From a virus: 24,658 bases of DNA. Position 1 is the first letter of the stretch. The number at the start of each line of letters is the position of its first letter. Position numbers and translations under genes: made by a program. Of this stretch, positions 16,765 through 24,658 are shown piece after piece. The DNA is taken from IMG/VR virus record IMGVR_UViG_3300028327_000814; one strand, given 5' to 3'. Below the pieces are notes generated by a model, which was not told where the DNA came from, made no database searches, and was given only the letters and a program-made list of their open reading frames with translations.

Positions 16765-16981
16765 AATACCGATAGGCAAGGCGTTAATAGCGGTAAAAGG
16801 CTGTCAATGCAAAAACTGCGTCTTAAACGTAGAAATTTATAAAGAATTGTGTAAACAAATGAATTGTGATATTACGCGTAAAGATGGAGAGCACGTAGTA
16901 TTCAACCTTGTCGATATTAACAGCCATTATATTGACGGCACTATACGGAAACCAATACGGAGGGAAAGCAATGAAAATTAA
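16757..16981 (+). CDS. Small Cys-rich hypothetical protein
   Basis: CKNC...C...RKDGEHVVF. Confidence 0.6.
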   Translation: MIEIPIGKALIAVKGCQCKNCVLNVEIYKELCKQMNCDITRKDGEHVVFNLVDINSHYIDGTIRKPIRRESNEN

Positions 16982-17108
16982 TCTTTACTTTAAATGGTTT
17001 GATTTTTGGATTGGTTGGTTTTATGATACCAAAAAGAAAATCTTATATATTCAGTTGTTACCAATGATAGGAATTAAAATTTTATTTCTATTGTCTGATA
17101 AGGAGTAA
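16971..17108 (+). CDS. Small hydrophobic protein (MKINLYFKWFDFWIGWFYD...)
   Basis: GGAGGG RBS before ATG 16971. Confidence 0.6.
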   Translation: MKINLYFKWFDFWIGWFYDTKKKILYIQLLPMIGIKILFLLSDKE

Positions 17109-17112
17109 GGCA

Positions 17113-17298
17113 ATGAAAATAATTGACAACCTTAAAAACGAGATAGACGAAATTCACGGCACTATCCTTATCATGCAAAACGTCATTAAAAGGCTTGATA
17201 CCCCCTGCGGGTTATGCGTGGGGTGTCCGCATAAAAACAACGAATTAGGCACTTGCGAGGATTTTGTTTTGAAGGAGAAAATATGGGACAGGAATTAA
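17113..17298 (+). CDS. Hypothetical protein
   Basis: AAGGAG RBS. Confidence 0.6.
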   Translation: MKIIDNLKNEIDEIHGTILIMQNVIKRLDTPCGLCVGCPHKNNELGTCEDFVLKEKIWDRN

Positions 17299-17639
17299 AG
17301 GATTTAACATTAAAGGATTTAATTAAACCGCCATTTTACCATAATGGGTTTTTTATTTATGACAGCGGGATACAGTTGTTTACTTTTAATGATATTTTTC
17401 GCATGGCTATTAATAATCAGGAATTAAATTGTCTGTTTTTAGATTTTGTAGTTTCCGCCCTGAACGAAAAATGGGAACGGAAACTTAGCGAGCCGTTACG
17501 GTGGAAAGTAAATAATACGACCGAAGATGATTTTGATTGTCCGAAGTGCGGAACGGGTTTTTATATGGCAACCAGATTTCAAGATTACAATTACTGCCCT
17601 AATTGCGGACACCCATTAAAAATACCGGAGAATAAATAA
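17283..17639 (+). CDS. Zinc-ribbon protein
   Basis: CPKCG...YNYCPNCG; GAAGGAG RBS before ATG 17283. Confidence 0.7.
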   Translation: MGQELKDLTLKDLIKPPFYHNGFFIYDSGIQLFTFNDIFRMAINNQELNCLFLDFVVSALNEKWERKLSEPLRWKVNNTTEDDFDCPKCGTGFYMATRFQDYNYCPNCGHPLKIPENK

Positions 17640-17764
17640 TGTTTCATAACATCTTATCCGAAGCCCTGAAAGCCAACTACTCATTTTTTATCCTGCTTGT
17701 GGGGATAATCCAGTTAATTGTTATGATAGTTAATTTAATCGTATTGATAAGGAGTAAGAAATGA
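17639..17764 (+). CDS. Small membrane protein (41 aa)
   Basis: MFHNILSEALKANYSFFILLVGIIQLIVMIVNLIVLIRSKK; coupled at both ends. Confidence 0.55.
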   Translation: MFHNILSEALKANYSFFILLVGIIQLIVMIVNLIVLIRSKK

Positions 17765-18150
17765 GATATTTCTGTAAAAATTGTTTTACAGTATTTAATT
17801 TTGCGTCAGGAAGTAAGATACCTGTCGAATACTTAAAAAAAATACTTGAAAAACAAAAAGAGATGGGCATTAAAGACAAATGCTGTGTGTGCGGGAGTTT
17901 CCTAGAGAGAATTCCCTATTATGAAATCCCGCAACAATACAAAGAGCGCACAGGGGAGCGGTGGGAAAAAAACTGGCTTGTATGGTACAGGGTTGAAGTG
18001 GTAGGCAAGCCATATTTTAGCGAATGGCATATAGGATTTTATAAAGACGCAATAGAAGACGCAAAATGCGCCGATGAAGATGGCAGAATATATGAAATTG
18101 TAATAGCCGATCCGCCAGTACCGCCGCCCGATGATTGGAGACCTGAATGA
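17761..18150 (+). CDS. Zn-binding hypothetical protein (..WRPE family)
   Basis: CKNC, CCVCG, and a C-terminal domain like that of 1400..1768. Confidence 0.7.
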   Translation: MRYFCKNCFTVFNFASGSKIPVEYLKKILEKQKEMGIKDKCCVCGSFLERIPYYEIPQQYKERTGERWEKNWLVWYRVEVVGKPYFSEWHIGFYKDAIEDAKCADEDGRIYEIVIADPPVPPPDDWRPE

Positions 18151-18548
18151 AACGAATATCTTTTAACCCCCGTTTTATAAACGAAGCTGGAAACGACTTA
18201 ATCAGCGGCAAGATACACACGATACGCCAAAACTATGACTACTGGAAAAAGTTTGAAGGTAAAGAATTAGCCCTGTTTACATGGGAAGGCAAGCCGTACA
18301 ACAGCAAGCAGAGAGTGTTTTGCGTGAAGCGGCTTGTCAGCGTACAAAAAGTATTAAGAAGGCCATGGGTAACAGCAGTTTACGCAGACGATAATTTCAG
18401 AATGGAATTTGAAGGCAAATATTTTGCTAACGCAGAAGACATGGCGCATAATGACGGCTTCAAAGATAAATATGAGTTTAGAGACTGGTTTAAAAGTTAC
18501 CCATTTGGCGAAATGGGAATACTTCATTTTACAGATTTTCAATATTGA
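18147..18548 (+). CDS. ASCH/PUA-like domain protein
   Basis: GKIHTIRQ, LFTWEGKPY, MAHNDGF...FRDWF. Confidence 0.65.
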   Translation: MKRISFNPRFINEAGNDLISGKIHTIRQNYDYWKKFEGKELALFTWEGKPYNSKQRVFCVKRLVSVQKVLRRPWVTAVYADDNFRMEFEGKYFANAEDMAHNDGFKDKYEFRDWFKSYPFGEMGILHFTDFQY

Positions 18549-18558
18549 AGGAGAAAAC

Positions 18559-19398
18559 ATGAACTTAAACAATAAAATTGAATGGCTACAAGGCGGAGCA
18601 ACATGGAACCCAGTTACGGGGTGTCTGCATAAATGCCCTTATTGTTATGCCGCTAAAATAGCAAAGAGGTTTGGCGGTAATTTTACGATGTCAAGAGCAA
18701 GTCCACATGGATTATTAGAGCTTTACGGAAAACCAGAAAATCCTTTTCCAGATAAATTTGACCCTACATTCCACCGCTACCGCCTAGACGAACCGCAGAA
18801 AATAAAGAAACCGCAAAATATCTTTGTATGCTCTATGGCTGACCTGTTCGGGGATTGGGTTCCCGATGAATGGATACAGAGGGTGTTTGACGCTTGCAAA
18901 GCCGCACCGCAACATCGGTACTTATTCCTGACGAAAAACCCTGAGCGGTACAACTACATAAACTGCGACGGGCAAACCCTTGAAGGCTGTAAAAAATGCA
19001 ATGAATGTGAGGGGGAACACCGGGTATTGACAATATACCGTGAAGAGGAAGAGCCTTTTCCTGAATTATTCTTGGGCGCGTCGGCAACCGACAGCGACAG
19101 CCTGCATAGGGCTTATGACAGTGCCGCCGAATGGGTTTCGATTGAACCTTTACTTGATGATGTATATGATGAATGTTTTTCGCAGGACGGAGAAACGCCC
19201 GTAGGTTATAGGGAGTGGGCGCGTTGGAAATGGGTTGTTGTCGGCGCGGAGAGCGGAAACAGAAAAGACAAGGTTATCCCAAAAAAAGAATGGGTACAAA
19301 ACATCGTTGATATGTGCAAGTTTTGGAACACGCCCGTATTTATGAAAGACAGCCTAAAAGACGTTTATGGCGGGCTGATACGGGAATACCCGTGGTAA
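18559..19398 (+). CDS. DUF5131 (Gp37Gp68) family radical SAM-like protein
   Basis: TWNPVTGCLHKCPYCYA, IFVCSMADLFG, FLTKNP, SIEPLL, WVVVGAESG, PVFMK; GAAGGAG RBS before ATG 18559. Confidence 0.9.
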   Translation: MNLNNKIEWLQGGATWNPVTGCLHKCPYCYAAKIAKRFGGNFTMSRASPHGLLELYGKPENPFPDKFDPTFHRYRLDEPQKIKKPQNIFVCSMADLFGDWVPDEWIQRVFDACKAAPQHRYLFLTKNPERYNYINCDGQTLEGCKKCNECEGEHRVLTIYREEEEPFPELFLGASATDSDSLHRAYDSAAEWVSIEPLLDDVYDECFSQDGETPVGYREWARWKWVVVGAESGNRKDKVIPKKEWVQNIVDMCKFWNTPVFMKDSLKDVYGGLIREYPW

Positions 19399-19415
19399 AC
19401 AAGGAGGATATTTAA

Positions 19416-19916
19416 ATGACGTATGTAAAACTTGATATGGAAAAATACATAGAAGGAAAGCCACAGCCGGAAGGGTTTTTTAACGCATTATCACATAATC
19501 AGGCTTATTCTGGCAAAATAAAACCTGATGAATGGTTGGACAAAATTCAAGAGCTTGTCAATTATTTAACTGACGGCGAACTGCCCGAAGGCGTTGAATG
19601 TAAAAGCCCTAAATTATCTCCAAGCATGGCACAAAATGTTCTTTGGTTTTTACAGGAAATAACAAAAATAATACCCGATAATTTTGCGATTTGCGACGGC
19701 TGCGGGGTGTTACATGAGGAGGGTTATTTGAAATACTTTACAACCAACGGGAAATACTATTGCGATTATTGCCTTGATTCCGCGCCCGTAGTCCATTGTG
19801 AAGAATGCGACGAAGAAGCTGGTTATAAAAAAGACGCTTATTCAGAAAAACACGAAATGTATCTTTGCAAGGAATGTAAAAAGATAAAAAGAGAAACTGA
19901 TATTGTTAAACCCTAA
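19416..19916 (+). CDS. Hypothetical protein with four CxxC pairs
   Basis: CDGC, CDYC, CEEC, CKEC; AGGAGG RBS. Confidence 0.7.
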   Translation: MTYVKLDMEKYIEGKPQPEGFFNALSHNQAYSGKIKPDEWLDKIQELVNYLTDGELPEGVECKSPKLSPSMAQNVLWFLQEITKIIPDNFAICDGCGVLHEEGYLKYFTTNGKYYCDYCLDSAPVVHCEECDEEAGYKKDAYSEKHEMYLCKECKKIKRETDIVKP

Positions 19917-19948
19917 AAACCGGACAAATATAAACAAGGAGAAATAAT

Positions 19949-21064
19949 ATGCTTCAAACCTTACAGCTTTTCGGAGAATCATGCCATTTATTAGAACTAT
20001 CCATGAACCCCTGTGTGCAGGGATGCACCTATTGTTACTCTAAAACATGGAAGCGCGAAGACCACCCTATCGAGAAGGTAGTTAATAACATTCTTCACCT
20101 GGAAACCAAACAGGAAGGCTTGCTGCCCTTCTTAATAAGAAAACGCTGGCCAATTACGATTAGCAACAGGACGGACGTAATGTGCGCCCCCGACTGGCGG
20201 GAAAGGCTGTCAGCTATCAAAAAATTAGGCTTCCCGGTCTGCATGGAGACCAAACTGAACAAGGACTATAAGGATTTAGCCCAGATACTCGACCCCAAAA
20301 CTGATCCGATATATCAAACAATAACCGGATTTAACAACAAGTATGAAGAGCATAACCTGTTAAGCCCTGAAGAAAAAATAGAGGCAGCCAAGTGGTTTGT
20401 AGAAAACGGTTTTCATTTTACCTTAGCGGTTAATCCCTTTATGCCGGACAAAGTAACGGCTGAGGAGATTAAAAAGCTCATAGACCTAATAAAGCCCCAC
20501 GGATTAGTCATGTACGATTACCACAAAACCACAAAATCAGTCCATAAACACCTTTATATGGCCGAGTACCCCAAAGAACAAATGGAAGCGGGAAGAAAAG
20601 CCGTGTCCGATTACTGCCGCGAGAAAGGAATACACCACGCCATAGGGGGATTTGAAGAACACCCCTACCCCGAATTAAATCTGAATCTTTACATGAATGA
20701 GAAGTTTTTTGGCGGCAACGCGATAATCTTCCAAGAACTGTTGATTGACGTGATCTCTCAATTCTCCCCCGAATTTGACGTTTTCGATATAACCTTTGAC
20801 ATCTTCTGCGACTTCTACCATAAGCAGATCAAGTATTTTGACGGCTGTATTATGAAAGACACCGATTACTCATTGGGAAGCATAAGGCATCCCTTCAAAT
20901 TCGCCCAGAAAAGATTTGACTTCACCTATTTCTTAAAGAACCTGTGGAACCAGAAGAAACTTCATTTTAATTTTGACTGGTACTCCGATAAATTCGACGA
21001 TGAAGGAAACCTTGTCTATTTCAGGCATAAAGACGGGTTTATGAAAGAGATAGACAAGCGGTAA
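19949..21064 (+). CDS. Radical SAM protein, SplB/photolyase-like subgroup
   Basis: NPCVQGCTYCY (CxxxCxxC), ISNRTD, ETK, TITG, VNPFMP. Confidence 0.8.
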   Translation: MLQTLQLFGESCHLLELSMNPCVQGCTYCYSKTWKREDHPIEKVVNNILHLETKQEGLLPFLIRKRWPITISNRTDVMCAPDWRERLSAIKKLGFPVCMETKLNKDYKDLAQILDPKTDPIYQTITGFNNKYEEHNLLSPEEKIEAAKWFVENGFHFTLAVNPFMPDKVTAEEIKKLIDLIKPHGLVMYDYHKTTKSVHKHLYMAEYPKEQMEAGRKAVSDYCREKGIHHAIGGFEEHPYPELNLNLYMNEKFFGGNAIIFQELLIDVISQFSPEFDVFDITFDIFCDFYHKQIKYFDGCIMKDTDYSLGSIRHPFKFAQKRFDFTYFLKNLWNQKKLHFNFDWYSDKFDDEGNLVYFRHKDGFMKEIDKR

Positions 21065-21067
21065 ATA

Positions 21068-21095
21068 TTGTTTATTCAGACCATAGAGATACAAT
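21068..21095 (+). promoter_or_regulatory. Putative promoter for the peptide-parB-terS-terL operon
   Basis: TTGTTT-16 nt-TACAAT in an AT-rich gap. Confidence 0.4.
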
Positions 21096-21124
21096 AAAAC
21101 CATCTTTTTATGAAGGAGTTGGTT

Positions 21125-21247
21125 ATGAACACGAACAAGAAAACCGCGATTTGCAAAGTAGGCACGGGACATTCAGGCGGGCCGCAGGGATCAGCCAGAA
21201 TGAGGGACGCCACCGCAAGAGCCTATCGCGGACGGCAGGGGGACTAG
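21125..21247 (+). CDS. Small Gly/Arg-rich peptide (40 aa)
   Basis: MNTNKKTAICKVGTGHSGGPQGSARMRDATARAYRGRQGD; GAAGGAG RBS; its TAG abuts the TTG of the parB-like gene. Confidence 0.6.
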   Translation: MNTNKKTAICKVGTGHSGGPQGSARMRDATARAYRGRQGD

Positions 21248-21853
21248 TTGAAAGTCCCTTTAGACAGCATAAAGCCTTCCCCCTACAACCCCAAAGAGCC
21301 GTTTACCAAAAAGCAGTACGAAGCCTTAAAAAGGCACGTCGGGAAACACGGCTTTCTGAGGGATTTGCTTATCTGTAGAAACTTCGACGCCGGGGAAGGC
21401 TTTTACTGTCTTGACGGAAACACCGCCATTAAACTGCACAGGGACTTGGGCTGGACGGAAGCCGACTGCAAGCCCCCCATTGAGAGCGTTACCGATTATG
21501 ATTCCCTAGTCGAATTTGTAACCGGGTACGCCATAAGCAAAAAGCCCATAGTGTCCGAAATTTACAAGGCGTTGGGCGAGAGAATGACCGAACTGTATGG
21601 GGCGGACACAAAATTCTTTCAAGAGAAGATAGCCGAAACCGCCGAAAAGGTGCAAAAAGCCAACGAAACAATAGCCGAAAACGTGTTACAAACGCAGTAT
21701 TTTCTCACTTTGCCCCCCGATTGCGTGCAAAAATTAAAGGGATTTGTCAGAACTAAAGCCTTTAAGTCAAACAAGACCGAAGCCATAGCCGAAAAAATAG
21801 ATTCAATGGACGAACAGCAATTCTTGGAAAACCTGTTCCAGATTATCCTGTAG
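21248..21853 (+). CDS. ParB/Srx N-terminal domain protein
   Basis: VPLDSIKPSPYNPK...LKRHVGKHGF...CLDGN. Confidence 0.8.
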   Translation: MKVPLDSIKPSPYNPKEPFTKKQYEALKRHVGKHGFLRDLLICRNFDAGEGFYCLDGNTAIKLHRDLGWTEADCKPPIESVTDYDSLVEFVTGYAISKKPIVSEIYKALGERMTELYGADTKFFQEKIAETAEKVQKANETIAENVLQTQYFLTLPPDCVQKLKGFVRTKAFKSNKTEAIAEKIDSMDEQQFLENLFQIIL

Positions 21854-21860
21854 GCTGGCT

Positions 21861-22277
21861 ATGCCGGTATTAACCACCGAAGAGATTAAAAACGACGTTG
21901 AAAGCCTGCTGGGAAAGCCCAAACACCCCGGCGGCAGGCCGAAAAAGCCCAAATATGTCATAAAAAGCATGGTCAAAATAATTGACGAATACACCGACAA
22001 AGCCTTAATTCCAATATTGAAAGAGTGCTGTTTTGAAAATAACTGGGGATACGATTATGTCATGGAACTGGAGCGGAAACATGAAGAGTTATCACGGTCT
22101 ATAAAAAGGTTAAAAACAAGGAAGGAAGCCGTATTGGAAAAAATGCTTTATACGGGGCAGAACAACACGGGGTACATATTCAGCCTCAAACAATTGGGCT
22201 GGAGGGACAAATTTGAAGTTACCGCGCCGGATAACGTGGAAGTGCCTGTCTTTAACAGCGGGAGATTAAGCAAGTGA
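21861..22277 (+). CDS. terS: Terminase small subunit
   Basis: GGRPKK N-terminus and IFSLKQLGWRDK; directly upstream of terL. Confidence 0.8.
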   Translation: MPVLTTEEIKNDVESLLGKPKHPGGRPKKPKYVIKSMVKIIDEYTDKALIPILKECCFENNWGYDYVMELERKHEELSRSIKRLKTRKEAVLEKMLYTGQNNTGYIFSLKQLGWRDKFEVTAPDNVEVPVFNSGRLSK

Positions 22278-23665
22278 AAGAGATCGACATTCCCGACACC
22301 GTAGGCAGCGGGTATGATGATTTTTGGCTGACGGAGAAACGGTATCGGGTCGTGAAGGGCGGCAGGGCAAGCAAGAAGAGTTGTACGTCCGCTTTATGGT
22401 TTGTCTTTTTTATGATGTGGTATTTCCACACATACGGATTGAAACCCTGTTTGTTAGTCGTCCGCAAATATTACAATACTCATAGAAATTCCACCCGCTC
22501 CCAACTTATATGGGCTATAAACAGGTTGGGCGTTCAAAACTGGTGGAAAATCCCCAAAGGCGAAAACACCCTCACTTATTTGCCGAGCGGTCAAGTAATC
22601 TTATTCAGGGGCATGGACGATCCCGACAGCATAACCTCTATAACGGTATCTGACGGGCATTTGGTATGGGCGTGGATTGAGGAAGCCTACCAGCTGCACG
22701 ATGAACAGGCTTTTGACAAGTTGGATATGAGTTTCAGGGGCGAAGTACCTTATCCCCTGTTCAAGCAGTTGACTTTGACCTTTAACCCGTGGAGCGACAC
22801 CACGTGGATTAAACCCCGGTTTTTTGACAATCCCGATGAGGACACTTTCACCCTTACAACGGACTATACCTGCAATGAGTTTCTGGGAGACGACGACAGG
22901 GCTATCTTTGAGAAAATGAAGGTAAACAGCCCCCGAAGGTTCGCCATCGAGGGGCTGGGGAATTGGGGCATTGCTCAGGGCTTGATTTACGGCACTTATA
23001 CCGACAATCCAGATTTATTCCATGTTCCCGACATTCCCGAAGGCGAAAAGATAGCGATTATTACGGCAGGGCTGGATTACGGCTCAGGCGAATTGGGGGA
23101 CGGCACAAAAAAAGGCAAAACGACCTTAGAGGCGACGGCGATAACAACGGGATTTGAAAGGGTCTATGCCGTTGACGAATCGTTTTTTAAGACCGACTAT
23201 GACGCTGACGAATTGGCTGAATGGGCAGTGGAATTTCTTAAAAAACTGAAGGAGCGGTACAATCTGCCAATTATTCTTTACTCCGAATGGGCGGGGGGAA
23301 TGGCGTTAAATAACCAGATTAGAAAGAAAATCAGGTTAAGCGGGCTTTTAGGGGTGTCCGTCCAGAACTGCTATAAAGGGCAGATTAACGACCGTATAGA
23401 CTTGGAGCAAATTCTGCTGTCCGAAAAGCGGCTGTTTTTTACCGCCCGTGTGCCGGGGCTGAAAGCCGCCTACTCTACCGCCATATGGGATACCGAGAAA
23501 CAGAAAAAAGAGGGAAAACCGATAAGGCTTGACAACGGCACAATCTTAATTGACCCGCTAGACGCGCATGAGTACAGCATAAACAGTTACGCGAATTATT
23601 TAACGGCTTTTACTCCAAAAGAACCGCGCCAATATAAACACGGGTTGAAAGTTACTGCTTCTTGA
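22274..23665 (+). CDS. terL: Terminase large subunit, PBSX family
   Basis: KGGRASKKS (Walker A), FRGMDDP, WIEEA (Walker B), TFNP, GLDYG nuclease motif, DPLDAHEY. Confidence 0.92.
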   Translation: MKEIDIPDTVGSGYDDFWLTEKRYRVVKGGRASKKSCTSALWFVFFMMWYFHTYGLKPCLLVVRKYYNTHRNSTRSQLIWAINRLGVQNWWKIPKGENTLTYLPSGQVILFRGMDDPDSITSITVSDGHLVWAWIEEAYQLHDEQAFDKLDMSFRGEVPYPLFKQLTLTFNPWSDTTWIKPRFFDNPDEDTFTLTTDYTCNEFLGDDDRAIFEKMKVNSPRRFAIEGLGNWGIAQGLIYGTYTDNPDLFHVPDIPEGEKIAIITAGLDYGSGELGDGTKKGKTTLEATAITTGFERVYAVDESFFKTDYDADELAEWAVEFLKKLKERYNLPIILYSEWAGGMALNNQIRKKIRLSGLLGVSVQNCYKGQINDRIDLEQILLSEKRLFFTARVPGLKAAYSTAIWDTEKQKKEGKPIRLDNGTILIDPLDAHEYSINSYANYLTAFTPKEPRQYKHGLKVTAS

Positions 23666-23834
23666 TTTTCGGTCTGCCTCTGGGCGGCGCGTTAATTATT
23701 ATTTCATAAGCGGAATTGTCATAAACAGCCTCTTTAGTTAAAGGTTTAATTCCCGCCGCTTCCAACCTTTTCTTGACCGTCTTTAATTTAAGCCCTGATT
23801 TTTCCGCCATTTCGCTGGCTGTCATTCCCTTCAT
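23652..23834 (-). CDS. Small HTH DNA-binding protein with C-terminal RGRPK (AT-hook-like)
   Basis: MTASEMAEKSGLKLKTVKKRL HTH; divergent from the RAMP-like gene; minus-strand TATAAT at 23853-23858. Confidence 0.75.
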   Translation of the reverse strand: MKGMTASEMAEKSGLKLKTVKKRLEAAGIKPLTKEAVYDNSAYEIIINAPPRGRPKIKKQ

Positions 23835-23875
23835 TCCCCTATTATCGGCTAAATTATAAAAAAAATATAGATAAA

Positions 23876-23918
23876 AAACTATATTTTACTTGACAAAATA
23901 TAGTTTATAAACGATAAT
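23876..23918 (+). promoter_or_regulatory. Sigma70 promoter with an inverted-repeat operator straddling the -35
   Basis: TTGACA(23890)-17 nt-GATAAT(23913); AAACTATATTTT-7 nt-AAAATATAGTTT at 23876-23906. Confidence 0.8.
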
Positions 23919-23972
23919 TTTACAAGCCCCGCCTGTATAGGCAGGGTAAAAAATATCTTTAGGAGAAAAACT

Positions 23973-24632
23973 ATGGCGAGAACAGCGAAAAAGGAAGAGG
24001 AAGTAGTAACCCTCAAAGAGTTGAAAGTCGAGCCGTTGACTTTAACGGTAAAGGGCGATTCACCCCTTGTAGTCCATGCTTGGGGAGAAAAGGCGCGGCG
24101 TGAAATGCTGGACAAGCAGATGAAAAAGGCAAAATCCGTAAAGGAAGCGAGAAACCCCGCCGCCGATGTCATTAATTCCCTGTACTGGATTGACGGCAAG
24201 CCAAAGGAAATGACCGAAGACGCTTTTAACGAAGCGATTAAAAAGGGCGCGAGGTTCGGTTTTCCCGCAAAGGCTTTTAAGGCGGCGGCGGTATCGGCTG
24301 GTTATCGGGCGGGAACTATTAAAAACAAAGTTACCATGTTTGCCGCTTTTCATATTCAGGGCGAACTGGTAGAGATTATCGGCAAGCCAAAACCCAGAGA
24401 AGACATGGTACGATTGGCGGGCGCGAGCGGCGTTGCGGATATACGGTTCAGGGGCGAATTCCCCGAATGGAAAGCCGTATTAAATATTACTTTTTGCCCC
24501 GACATGATTTCTCTTGAACAAATAGTAAACCTGTTTAATCTTGGTGGCTATTGTTGCGGCGTTGGTGAAATGCGCGTTGAAAAGGGCGGCGAAAATGGAA
24601 TGTATCACGTTTTGACCAAAGGCGAAAAATAA
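23973..24632 (+). CDS. Stand-alone Cas7/RAMP-like protein (candidate Vipr-type RNA-guided effector)
   Basis: LTVKGDSPLVVH first strand, FGFPAKAFKAA (PxSSLKG-like), REDMVR...DIRFRGEF thumb hairpin, C-terminal G-rich loop GVGEMRVEKGGENGMY; AGGAG RBS. Confidence 0.75.
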   Translation: MARTAKKEEEVVTLKELKVEPLTLTVKGDSPLVVHAWGEKARREMLDKQMKKAKSVKEARNPAADVINSLYWIDGKPKEMTEDAFNEAIKKGARFGFPAKAFKAAAVSAGYRAGTIKNKVTMFAAFHIQGELVEIIGKPKPREDMVRLAGASGVADIRFRGEFPEWKAVLNITFCPDMISLEQIVNLFNLGGYCCGVGEMRVEKGGENGMYHVLTKGEK

Positions 24633-24637
24633 AACTT

Positions 24638-24658
24638 GGCAGGCAGGGCATGACGCGT
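24638..24658 (+). ncRNA. Possible start of a GGY-NN periodic guide-like RNA, truncated by the window end
   Basis: GGC-A-GGC-AG-GGC-AT-GAC-GC-GT begins 5 nt after the RAMP stop codon; only 21 nt are visible. Confidence 0.45.

Noticed and set aside
17096-17760. TGATAAGGAGTAAG repeated before two genes
   Set aside because: Two copies centred on a Shine-Dalgarno sequence; adequately explained as RBS similarity.
21151-21378. Track ORF of 75 aa overlapping the parB-like gene
   Set aside because: TTG start without an RBS; the 21125..21247 peptide has a strong RBS and abuts parB exactly.
487-22467. Numerous other minus-strand ORFs in the track
   Set aside because: They lie opposite well-supported, translationally coupled + strand genes and show no recognisable domains.
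23879-24353. Minus-strand ORFs opposite the RAMP-like gene
   Set aside because: Shadow ORFs with no motifs; one would run across the promoter/operator.

Overview
This window is a segment of a tailed dsDNA phage or prophage, with almost all genes on the + strand. In order it holds: accessory genes (YopX, HNH-AP2, NinG, XRE regulators, a tRNA-like RNA); an XRE repressor with a palindromic operator over a strong sigma70 promoter; small early genes; a recombination module (Gp157, ERF, SSB, NinB-like); a SNF2-like helicase and two DNA methyltransferases; a DUF6291-type replication initiator with internal iterons, preceded by a C4/CI-like structured RNA; more accessory genes, including two radical SAM proteins; a ParB-like protein; and small and large terminases. 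Directly after terL is a separately promoted module: a small divergent HTH gene, then a stand-alone Cas7/RAMP-like gene followed at once by the start of a 5-nt-periodic GGC-NN repeat that runs off the window end. This is the best candidate for a non-CRISPR, phage-encoded RNA-guided system. No integrase, capsid or portal gene, or canonical CRISPR array is visible. All family calls come from reading motifs by eye, not from database searches.
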